A stretch of 64,000 bases of DNA, taken from an uncultured Alphaproteobacteria bacterium. GTDB taxonomy: Bacteria > Pseudomonadota > Alphaproteobacteria > Puniceispirillales > UBA1172. This document shows, one piece after another, positions 19,300 to 27,028 of the stretch. Within the stretch, counting starts at the first letter, position 1; the number at the start of each line of letters is the position of its first letter. Made by a program: the position numbers and the translations under genes. The stretch covers positions 25,544 to 89,543 of the forward strand of contig CALFYS010000117.1 of the NCBI GenBank assembly GCA_937952245.1, in the 5' to 3' direction. The notes under the pieces are model-generated. The model ran no database searches. It was given only the letters and a program-made list of their open reading frames with translations, and was not told the origin of the DNA.

Positions 19300-20322
19300 T
19301 CAGGTTGAACCACGTTCATTAAGTTCAGCCAATTTTTGCTGGGCGGATGGCGAAAGGCCACCATTATTGGCTTGATCGTCACCGCCGGCATCATCACCGC
19401 CAAATGACCCCACTGGCATATCAAAATCATCGCCGCCAATGGGCGAGACATCGACTGTGACTTCATGTTTCGGTTTTGTATCTTCAGGAGTGTTTTCAGG
19501 GGCGGTGATGTCTTCAATGGGGATAAAATCATCCTCACCATCTTCAGCGAAATCATCTTCAAAACTGTCTTCAGCATCGTCTTCAATATGGTCAGAAGGG
19601 TCTGCGCCAAAACCGCCGAAATCAGTATGAATCCCTAAATCAGGATCATCATCCTCTGTGTCCTCAAAGAACAGCTCATCTTCGTTATTATTATCGTTGT
19701 CCGTCATGTCGTTTTCGGTCGCCACGGGCATGATGAAATCTTCATTAAAGTCAGATTGATCTGATGATGCTGTGCTCGTGCCAGTGCCAGCCCCAACATT
19801 TGTCATGGCGGCGGCGGTTGAGGCATCAAGGGTGAAGGATTGCACAGGCTGAGACGACACAATGGGCTTTGGCGCGTCATCAACAGGATCAGGGTGATCA
19901 AGGCTGGCGATTAAACTGCTGTCATCAACCACGGGCATAACACCAACCGCCAAATCATCATCAATGGATAAGGGCTTGCGCTTATCGGCAACAGGATAAA
20001 GCGGCAGGGGGCTGTCAGGGATTTTCGCCAAGTTTTTCATCACCGACTTTGGTGTGCCTTTTGCCTTTTTGGGGCGGCGGGCAGGTTTAGCCGCTTTAAC
20101 AGGCTTAGCCTTAGGTTCTTTGATTTTCTTCGGACGGCCTTTCTTTGGTTTGAGCCGAGAGATCAAAAGGATCATCACCAAAAAGATAAAGGCGCAAGTG
20201 ATCAAGAATAAAGGCTTGCCATATTGATTAACGGCAAGGCGAAGAACACCGTTGCTTTCCACAACGCTGGCCACTTGCGGCAAGGCATAGAACTGCTGAA
20301 TGAAAAGGTCGAGCTGTTCCAT
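19300..20322 (-). CDS. hypothetical membrane-anchored protein with a Lys/Pro-rich basic segment and a long Asp/Glu-rich low-complexity tail
   Basis: One TM segment (PLFLITCAFIFLVMILLISRL). It is followed by KPKKGRPKKIKEPKAKPVKAAKPARRPKKAKG and then a highly acidic region of more than 200 aa. The start overlaps the upstream stop (TAATG). Confidence 0.5.
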   Translation of the reverse strand: MEQLDLFIQQFYALPQVASVVESNGVLRLAVNQYGKPLFLITCAFIFLVMILLISRLKPKKGRPKKIKEPKAKPVKAAKPARRPKKAKGTPKSVMKNLAKIPDSPLPLYPVADKRKPLSIDDDLAVGVMPVVDDSSLIASLDHPDPVDDAPKPIVSSQPVQSFTLDASTAAAMTNVGAGTGTSTASSDQSDFNEDFIMPVATENDMTDNDNNNEDELFFEDTEDDDPDLGIHTDFGGFGADPSDHIEDDAEDSFEDDFAEDGEDDFIPIEDITAPENTPEDTKPKHEVTVDVSPIGGDDFDMPVGSFGGDDAGGDDQANNGGLSPSAQQKLAELNERGST

Positions 20323-20837
20323 TATCCCGCCTCATCCAGATTAAAGCGGTCAACAAATTCACTGACCAATTTATGTTGCCATTCATGGGCTTCTAATTCC
20401 CATGGCCGAATGGTGTAGGGGATTTGATCAATCAAACCAATTTTAACCCCAAGCCATTGGGCGGTGAATTTTTCAGGCTTGCCCGGGGCAGGGGCTTTGC
20501 CCAAGAGCATATACCGACCCGAAGCCACTTGTGCGATATGGATCCATTCATGGGCCAATTTCAGCATGGTTTCCAACACATCATTCTGGCGCTGGATGAC
20601 GCAATCAAAGTGATCAGGCGGGATGGGTTTGCCGCGCTTTTTCATCGCCAGCATATCGCGGCGTTGCAACCCCATTTGGGTGTTATCCGCGGAAACACCG
20701 CTTGAAACCAGCCGGATGGTGACCGTAACCTCTCCCCTTCGGTCAGGGGCGATTAAGCGATCATGGAAATAGCGGCACGCCGCTTCCGCCAGTTCGCCAA
20801 GCGCGGGTTCAATGTTATGTGTTTCAAAAGTCAGCAT
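20322..20837 (-). CDS. hypothetical protein with an HExxH motif (putative zinc metallopeptidase-like)
   Basis: LKLAHEWIHIAQ (HExxH followed by Q) and a downstream EAHEW. 171 aa, translationally coupled to the downstream acidic membrane protein. Confidence 0.45.
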   Translation of the reverse strand: MLTFETHNIEPALGELAEAACRYFHDRLIAPDRRGEVTVTIRLVSSGVSADNTQMGLQRRDMLAMKKRGKPIPPDHFDCVIQRQNDVLETMLKLAHEWIHIAQVASGRYMLLGKAPAPGKPEKFTAQWLGVKIGLIDQIPYTIRPWELEAHEWQHKLVSEFVDRFNLDEAG

Positions 20838-20911
20838 AAAGTCACAAGTGCTGGAAAATACTTCCCCTAATTTAGGGCAAGTTACCGTTATTCTTCAAGT
20901 TTTCTTTGGTT

Positions 20912-21340
20912 TTATTTTATCATTCTTTTGTTTGTGATGGCTTTGGCCACGGCCTGATAAACCAAAAGAACACAAGTATGACGAGATTTAAACGCTCGAA
21001 TAGGGTGAAACGCCTCTCCGCCGGATAGGGGTATATCCTGATTTTGGGTCAGGGCATCTTCAATCTTTTGGGGCAATTCAAGGGCGTGGTCTGTATCCAT
21101 TTCGATCAACGCCCCCAAAGCAAAGCCTGTTGAAGCTTCACAAATGGCGCAACCTTGGGTTTCAGCGGAAACATGGGTGATCTTGCCGTTGTTGATGTTA
21201 AGCGCAACATGGACTTCATCACCGCAGGTTGGGTTTTTCATAGCTGCGGTGGCATCGGGATGGGCAAGCGGCTGTGATTGCCGCGCGTCTCTGGCGTATC
21301 CAAGGATTTGATCCTGATAAAGCTGGGTGAGATCTGCCAT
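20912..21340 (-). CDS. Fe-S cluster assembly scaffold protein (SufU/IscU, NifU N-terminal family)
   Basis: NPTCGDEV, GCAICEAS and a C-terminal Cys (HTCVLL). 142 aa. Confidence 0.8.
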   Translation of the reverse strand: MADLTQLYQDQILGYARDARQSQPLAHPDATAAMKNPTCGDEVHVALNINNGKITHVSAETQGCAICEASTGFALGALIEMDTDHALELPQKIEDALTQNQDIPLSGGEAFHPIRAFKSRHTCVLLVYQAVAKAITNKRMIK

Positions 21341-21460
21341 GATTTGCCTGTCATGTCGGTGAAAACTTTATGTTTTATTATTAAACGTGTTATCATCAGT
21401 TATGAAACAGGTTTTTTGACGCAACACCAAGATATTAATATTAAGATAAAGGACTTCACC

Positions 21461-22882
21461 ATGGGGTTATCCCTTGCCGCAACACGAATTTTAGCAACTT
21501 TAGGCCCGGCCAGCAGTGATAAAGACTGCATCAGGGCGATGGTGGACGCTGGCGCAAATGCCTTTCGCATGAATTTTAGCCATGGCACCCAAGAAGACCA
21601 CGCCGCCCGCCACAAAGTCATTCGTGAAGTTGCCGAAGAAACAGGCCAACCCATCACCATCTTGGCTGATTTGCAGGGGCCCAAACTCCGCATTGGTGAG
21701 GTTGAAGACAATGTTGTGTTGAAGAAAGGCGATACGTTCACCTTTCAGCTCGAACCCGTGATGGGCAATGCCGAACGGGTATGCCTGCCTCATGTTGAAA
21801 TTTTTGATGCGATTTTGCCTGGCCATCGGATGATGGTAAACGATGGCAAATTGCAATTTATGGTCACCGGCGTTGATAAAGGGTTGATCATCACCCGCGT
21901 TGATGTTGGCGGGGCGTTGACCGACCGAAAAGGCGTTAATGTTCCTGATGTCGAATTAAACATCAGCCCCCTGACCGAAAAAGACAGGGCTGATCTGGAT
22001 TTCGCCTTGGATTTAGGGGTCGATTGGGTCGCCTTATCCTTTGTCCAGCGGGTCAGCGATTTGATCGAAGCCCGCAGTATTATCCGTGATCGCGCCGCGA
22101 TTATGTCCAAGATTGAAAAGCCAAAGGCGTTGGAAATCTTGGAAGATTTGATCGTCGCATCCGATGGCGTGATGATCGCAAGGGGCGATCTGGGGGTTGA
22201 ATTGCCGCCGGAACGTGTCCCCGGGGCGCAAAAAGACATCACCCGCATTTGCCGCCGTGTCGGCAAGCCTGTTGTGGTGGCAACCCAAATGCTGGAATCC
22301 ATGATTGATAACCCCATGCCAACCCGGGCGGAAGCGTCTGACGTCGCCACGGCGGTGATGGATGGCGTGGATTGCGTCATGCTTTCGGCGGAAACCGCAT
22401 CAGGGAATTATCCTGTTGAGACGGTTTCTATCATGCACCGGATTTTAGAAGAGACCGAAAAGCGTGACGGCTATTTTGAAAATCTGGCCTATACCGCCAT
22501 TGATGGACACACGACCTATCACGCGGTGGCGGAAAGCGCGACCCAATTGGCTCAGCATATTGATGCAAGAGCGGTGGTGGCGTTTTCAACCTCAGGGGCA
22601 ACCGCTGTGCGTTTGTCACGGGAACGCCCGCCGCTGCCAATTGTCATGATGACGCCTAATCAAACCGCAAGACATCGGATGAATATCCTGTGGGGGATCA
22701 ACAGTATTTTGACCGAAGAATACCCAAGCTTTGATCAAGCGTTGGATGGCATCAGTTCATTAATGCTGGAAAATGAGATGGGTCAGCCGGGCGATCAGGT
22801 GATTGTGGTGGCGGGCACACCCTTTGGCGTGGTGGGAACCACCAACACCATTCGGGTGCTTAATCTGCATAATGATCGATAA
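21461..22882 (+). CDS. pyk: pyruvate kinase
   Basis: ATLGPAS, FRMNFSHG, GPKLRIG, MIARGDLGVE, ATQMLESM and MLSAETASGNYP motifs. ATG 21461 matches the family N-terminus. The longer ORF from 21278 overlaps the divergent scaffold gene. Confidence 0.92.
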   Translation: MGLSLAATRILATLGPASSDKDCIRAMVDAGANAFRMNFSHGTQEDHAARHKVIREVAEETGQPITILADLQGPKLRIGEVEDNVVLKKGDTFTFQLEPVMGNAERVCLPHVEIFDAILPGHRMMVNDGKLQFMVTGVDKGLIITRVDVGGALTDRKGVNVPDVELNISPLTEKDRADLDFALDLGVDWVALSFVQRVSDLIEARSIIRDRAAIMSKIEKPKALEILEDLIVASDGVMIARGDLGVELPPERVPGAQKDITRICRRVGKPVVVATQMLESMIDNPMPTRAEASDVATAVMDGVDCVMLSAETASGNYPVETVSIMHRILEETEKRDGYFENLAYTAIDGHTTYHAVAESATQLAQHIDARAVVAFSTSGATAVRLSRERPPLPIVMMTPNQTARHRMNILWGINSILTEEYPSFDQALDGISSLMLENEMGQPGDQVIVVAGTPFGVVGTTNTIRVLNLHNDR

Positions 22883-23939
22883 ATTCTGCTAAAGCGGATG
22901 CCAGTTTTGCGCAATCCTGATCATCAAGATCACGGTGAATAACACAGCGCATCCGCCGCCCGGGGCTGATCCGGCAATCGCGTTCCGCCATAAAGGATTT
23001 CAGATGGCCCAACGCTTCATCGCTGATGGATTTGTCGTCATCGCCAAAATGGATGAACAGCATATTGGTTTCAACCTGATCCAGATCAATCCGTAAGCCT
23101 TTGATGGTGGCGAGCTGTTCTGCCAGCGTTTTGGCACGGTTATGGTCATCTTTCAGGCGGTCAATATTATGATCAAGAGCATAGATGCCAGCGGCGGCCA
23201 GCACCCCTGTTTGCCGCATCCCGCCGCCAAGCATTTTGCGCAACCGCCGGGCTTGATGGATAAACGCCTCATCCCCCACCAAGACAGACCCTGCTGGCGT
23301 GCCCAGACCTTTTGACAGGCAAAGCGAGACGCTGTCATAGCCTTTAACCAGTTCTTTTGCGGTTGTGCCAAGCGCCACCACCGCGTTCATCAATCTTGCG
23401 CCATCACAATGCGCTTTCAGGCCGTTGTCATGAGCGAGGCTTGCCATTTGATCCATATAGTCTTGCGATTGCACCATGCCGTTGACGGTGTTTTCAACAC
23501 ATAAAAGGCGGCTGATGGCGCTGTGGGAATCATCAGGCTTGATGGCGGCAATAACATCTTGAGGGTTGAGCGCGCCGCGGGCATCAACGGGAAGGGGGCA
23601 AGGAAAAACACTGCCTAAAACAGCGGTGCCGCCCGCTTCATAGGTATAGATATGATAATTCTTGCCAATGATATATTCATCGCCGCGCCCACAATGCGCC
23701 ATCACGCCAATCAGGTTGGATTGCGTGCCTGTTGGCATAAAAAGGCCGGCTTCTTTGCCCATCAGCTCAGCGGCTTTGGCTTCAAGGGCGTTGGTGGTGG
23801 GATCATCGCCATAAACATCATCCCCCAATTCCGCGTTTTGAATGGCGGCCATCATCCCTTGGTCAGGGCGGGTGACGGTATCACTGCGAAAATCAGCAAG
23901 ATTGGTTTTAGTATCCGATGCGGCGGCGGCGGCATACAT
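22860..23939 (-). CDS. ltaE: low-specificity L-threonine aldolase (PLP-dependent)
   Basis: FRSDTVTRP...GDDVYGDDPT...LE and SLCLSKGLGTPAGS (PLP lysine). 359 aa. Confidence 0.85.
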   Translation of the reverse strand: MYAAAAASDTKTNLADFRSDTVTRPDQGMMAAIQNAELGDDVYGDDPTTNALEAKAAELMGKEAGLFMPTGTQSNLIGVMAHCGRGDEYIIGKNYHIYTYEAGGTAVLGSVFPCPLPVDARGALNPQDVIAAIKPDDSHSAISRLLCVENTVNGMVQSQDYMDQMASLAHDNGLKAHCDGARLMNAVVALGTTAKELVKGYDSVSLCLSKGLGTPAGSVLVGDEAFIHQARRLRKMLGGGMRQTGVLAAAGIYALDHNIDRLKDDHNRAKTLAEQLATIKGLRIDLDQVETNMLFIHFGDDDKSISDEALGHLKSFMAERDCRISPGRRMRCVIHRDLDDQDCAKLASALAEFIDHYAD

Positions 23940-23956
23940 GGGCAGACCTCTTTTGG

Positions 23957-24595
23957 CTAAATGGCGATGGCGGCGACAATATGAACTCGAGGGTCAGGCC
24001 CGCCGTTAAGGGCGGTGTGATAACCTCTTGTATCGGTGAAATAAACCGATCCATCCGCGGGCAAATGGGTGCAGTGGTGATTAACGATAAATAATGACCC
24101 GGGGTTGGTTACAAGCGGGATATGCACCCGTGGTTCAGGGTCACGGTGCCATGAATTGCAAGAATAAATAGCTTTTGATAACACCCGCATCCGCCCCAAG
24201 GTGAAGCGAGATTTGAGAGCGTTGAACACATCTTCAAAGGCGGTGCCCGAAAACACAGGGTTTAATTCCGTATAGGCGTGCTCATCCACCAATTCTTCCA
24301 CCGCGACTTCTTCATAGCGGTCATCAAGGCGGGTGTAATAACGGCCGGATAAATCAGTTTCTGTCAATTCCGTTGCCCCGGGGCGGCGGTTAACTGGTAA
24401 GGCTTTAAAAACATCACCATGGTAATCGGTGGTTTTTAAAATCCCCTCCAAATCACGATTAAGGGCGGCCAGATCAACCTGCATATCAAGTTTACAAATG
24501 CCAGGACCGGGAACAAATTCAGCAACACTGGTGGTGTTCGGGAAATGCGCCAAATGATCATTGATCATTTTACGGTCTTTTTCGATGGTATCCAT
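23957..24595 (-). CDS. hypothetical protein, possibly cupin/aspartyl-asparaginyl beta-hydroxylase-like oxygenase
   Basis: WHRDPEPRVHIPLVTNPGSLF...YHTALNGG resembles the His-containing metal-binding core of Asp/Asn beta-hydroxylase-like proteins. This is a weak call made from motif memory only. Confidence 0.35.
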   Translation of the reverse strand: MDTIEKDRKMINDHLAHFPNTTSVAEFVPGPGICKLDMQVDLAALNRDLEGILKTTDYHGDVFKALPVNRRPGATELTETDLSGRYYTRLDDRYEEVAVEELVDEHAYTELNPVFSGTAFEDVFNALKSRFTLGRMRVLSKAIYSCNSWHRDPEPRVHIPLVTNPGSLFIVNHHCTHLPADGSVYFTDTRGYHTALNGGPDPRVHIVAAIAI

Positions 24596-24747
24596 GGCGG
24601 CCTCCTTGATCAGACAATTTTGATTTATCTGATTTTTCTTTAGGCTATGATTTCAACAGAAAAATTACATCGTAGGCAAGATAAATTATAGTGTCGCCAG
24701 CATCATTGTGGTGATAGGGTGAATGGTCTTCACCATAAGGATTTGGA

Positions 24748-25632
24748 ATGCCCTATAGCGGTTTTATTATTGGCGTGATCGCCAGCATGATTTGGGGCTT
24801 TACGCCAATCTTCTTTAAATTGATGGAAGATTTTTCACCGCAAGAAGTGGTGGCGCATCGCATTATCTGGACGGTGGCGGCGATGTTGGTCTTCGCCTAT
24901 TTCACTGCCCGCCTGCCAAGATTGGTCTATGCCTTGAAAACATGGCGGGAGATGCGGTCGATTATCTTCAGCGGCATTTTGATGGCGACCAATTGGCTGA
25001 CGTTTATTTACGCCGTGACCAATGACAAAATCGTTGATGCCAGCCTTGGATATTATATCTACCCGTTGATGGTGGTGGCGGTTGGTGTCTTCGGCCTTGG
25101 GGAGAAATTGCATCGTCTGGAATGGCTGGCGGTGGGGCTGGCGTTTTTAGGGGTTTTGCTGAAAACCTATGAAAATGGCGGCGCGCCTGTGATCGCACTC
25201 GTCGTCTCAACCAGTTTTGTGGCTTATACCTTGCTGAACAAAACCCGTGAAACAGGACCAGTTGTGGGGCTTTTGGCTGAGGCGATTGTGCTATCACCCA
25301 TAGCCTTGGTGTTTTTGGGCTTTTTGATGATGACCGGCGATGGCCAGTTCATCCAAGGTGGCGGGCTTAACACCGGATTGGCGATTGCAACAGGGGTGGT
25401 GACAGCGGTGCCATTGGCGATGTTTATCGCCTCCAGCCGCGCCATTGGGATCGCTGTTTCAGGCTTGTTGTTTTATCTGGCGCCGACATTTCATCTGATT
25501 TGCGGGGTGGTGATTTATCAAGAACCGTTCAGCCGCTTGGATGGATTTGCCTTTGGGTTGATCTGGCTGGCCTTGGCGGTGCTGGCCTATAAAAATTTCA
25601 GCCGCAAGGATGCGCTCCCCACGGCTGAATAA
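24748..25632 (+). CDS. rarD: EamA family transporter RarD
   Basis: 10-TM DMT protein of about 294 aa. Its N-terminus (G..IGV.AS.IWGFTPIFFKL) is typical of RarD. Confidence 0.75.
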   Translation: MPYSGFIIGVIASMIWGFTPIFFKLMEDFSPQEVVAHRIIWTVAAMLVFAYFTARLPRLVYALKTWREMRSIIFSGILMATNWLTFIYAVTNDKIVDASLGYYIYPLMVVAVGVFGLGEKLHRLEWLAVGLAFLGVLLKTYENGGAPVIALVVSTSFVAYTLLNKTRETGPVVGLLAEAIVLSPIALVFLGFLMMTGDGQFIQGGGLNTGLAIATGVVTAVPLAMFIASSRAIGIAVSGLLFYLAPTFHLICGVVIYQEPFSRLDGFAFGLIWLALAVLAYKNFSRKDALPTAE

Positions 25633-25660
25633 AATTGGTTAAGAGACGTTCTGTTTCGAT

Positions 25661-26170
25661 TTATTCTTCAACAGTCGCCTTGATGATTTGATCAGGTTCA
25701 GCAGGCGGTTCACCCACATTGATGGCTTCAACCGCGTCCATGCCGCTTTCAACCTGCCCCCAGACGGTGTATTGGCCGGTCAAATGGCTGCAACCATCAA
25801 AGCAGATAAAGAACTGGCTGTCGGCGCTGTCAGGGCTCATGGCGCGCGCCATGCCAACGGTACCATATTGATATTGGTAACTAGAAAATTCAGCCTTCAG
25901 GTTTTCACCTGACCCGCCCATGCCTGTGCCTGTGGGGTCGCCGGTCTGTGCCATAAACCCAGGGATAACACGGTGGAAAATAATGCCATCGTAAAAGCCT
26001 TCATTGGCCAAGGTTTTAATGCGGGCGACATGGTTAGGCGCCAATGTTTCAAGAAGCGCGATGCGAATTTCGCCCTTTGTGGTTTCCAGCACCAGCGTGC
26101 CAGCTGCATTTGCGGTTGCGGTCATGGTGAATATCAAAGCTCCAATTAAAGACAGAAATGAAAGGCGCAT
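25661..26170 (-). CDS. ppiA: periplasmic peptidyl-prolyl cis-trans isomerase (cyclophilin type)
   Basis: Signal peptide (MRLSFLSLIGALIFTMTATANA). Also FHRVIPGFMAQTGDP and GMARAMSPDSADSQFFI motifs. Confidence 0.9.
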   Translation of the reverse strand: MRLSFLSLIGALIFTMTATANAAGTLVLETTKGEIRIALLETLAPNHVARIKTLANEGFYDGIIFHRVIPGFMAQTGDPTGTGMGGSGENLKAEFSSYQYQYGTVGMARAMSPDSADSQFFICFDGCSHLTGQYTVWGQVESGMDAVEAINVGEPPAEPDQIIKATVEE

Positions 26171-26338
26171 GGGCCTTAACCCCCAATCTGGTGATCAATA
26201 AACTGTTGTTCTGCCTCTCAATTTAAGGCGGGTCAAGGTATCTTAAAGGGTGGCGGTAAGATTTACGATTTGATCCGTAATTATTTTTGATTTTTCTGAT
26301 GAAAAGGCTTGTCATTTTTTCATTTCGGTGAAAAAGTA

Positions 26339-26352
26339 ATGAAAATTTTCAT
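26339..26352. promoter_or_regulatory. perfect 14-bp palindrome ATGAAAATTTTCAT, candidate operator just upstream of the XRE-cupin regulator gene
   Basis: Read directly from the sequence. It lies 12 nt before ATG 26364 and is flanked by further TGAAAA/TTTTCA half-site-like copies at 26299-26335. Confidence 0.35.
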
Positions 26353-26363
26353 GGGGTGATCCT

Positions 26364-27002
26364 ATGTTGAAGACATCTGAAGACACTGTGTTTTCAAAAA
26401 AAATGAATCGAGACTTGCCGACCAATGTCGCGGGTCTTGAGGGGGAATTAACGTCTTCAGGCCTGATCGGCAATGACATCAGAGCATTGCGCCAAGGCCG
26501 TGGGTTGACCTTATCGGCTTTGGCCAAAAAACTTGACCGTTCTGTGGGCTGGTTAAGCCAAGTGGAACGCGGCACGTCTGAACCTAATTTGGCGGATATT
26601 CGCCTGATCGCCGGAATTTTTAACCTGCCTGTCAGTTTCTTTTTTTCACATACCCCGCCGAGCGATGAATCAAGCTATATCGTGCGCGCTGAATCGCGCC
26701 GCAAGATGCGGGATGATGACACTTTTCTTACCGAAGAATTGCTCTCGCCGGATTTGGGCGGCGCTTTTGAATTGGTGCGGTCTGTTTTCGCCGCGGGGTC
26801 TTCAAGCAATGGCACAGTTAACCGCCCCACCGAAGAAGCCGGATATATCATTAAAGGCGAATTGCGCCTGACCATTGACGGTCAAGTTTTTGACCTAGGG
26901 CCAGGCGATAGTTTTTCATTCTCCCATGAAACCATGTCATGGGAAAACAAAGGCACTATTGACGCGGAAGTGATCTGGGTGATCGCCCCGCCAATTTATT
27001 AA
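26364..27002 (+). CDS. XRE family transcriptional regulator with C-terminal cupin domain
   Basis: HTH_3 segment (IRALRQGRGLTLSALAKKLDRSVGWLSQVERG) and a cupin segment (GYIIKGELRLTIDGQVFDLGPGDSFSF). The start could instead be ATG 26403. Confidence 0.8.
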   Translation: MLKTSEDTVFSKKMNRDLPTNVAGLEGELTSSGLIGNDIRALRQGRGLTLSALAKKLDRSVGWLSQVERGTSEPNLADIRLIAGIFNLPVSFFFSHTPPSDESSYIVRAESRRKMRDDDTFLTEELLSPDLGGAFELVRSVFAAGSSSNGTVNRPTEEAGYIIKGELRLTIDGQVFDLGPGDSFSFSHETMSWENKGTIDAEVIWVIAPPIY

Positions 27003-27028
27003 TCACGTATGGGATAAGTGAGGATATT

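Noticed and set aside
21278-21460. An upstream extension of the pyruvate kinase ORF.
   Set aside because: It overlaps the divergent Fe-S scaffold gene, and the extra residues have no counterpart in pyruvate kinases. ATG 21461 gives the canonical N-terminus.
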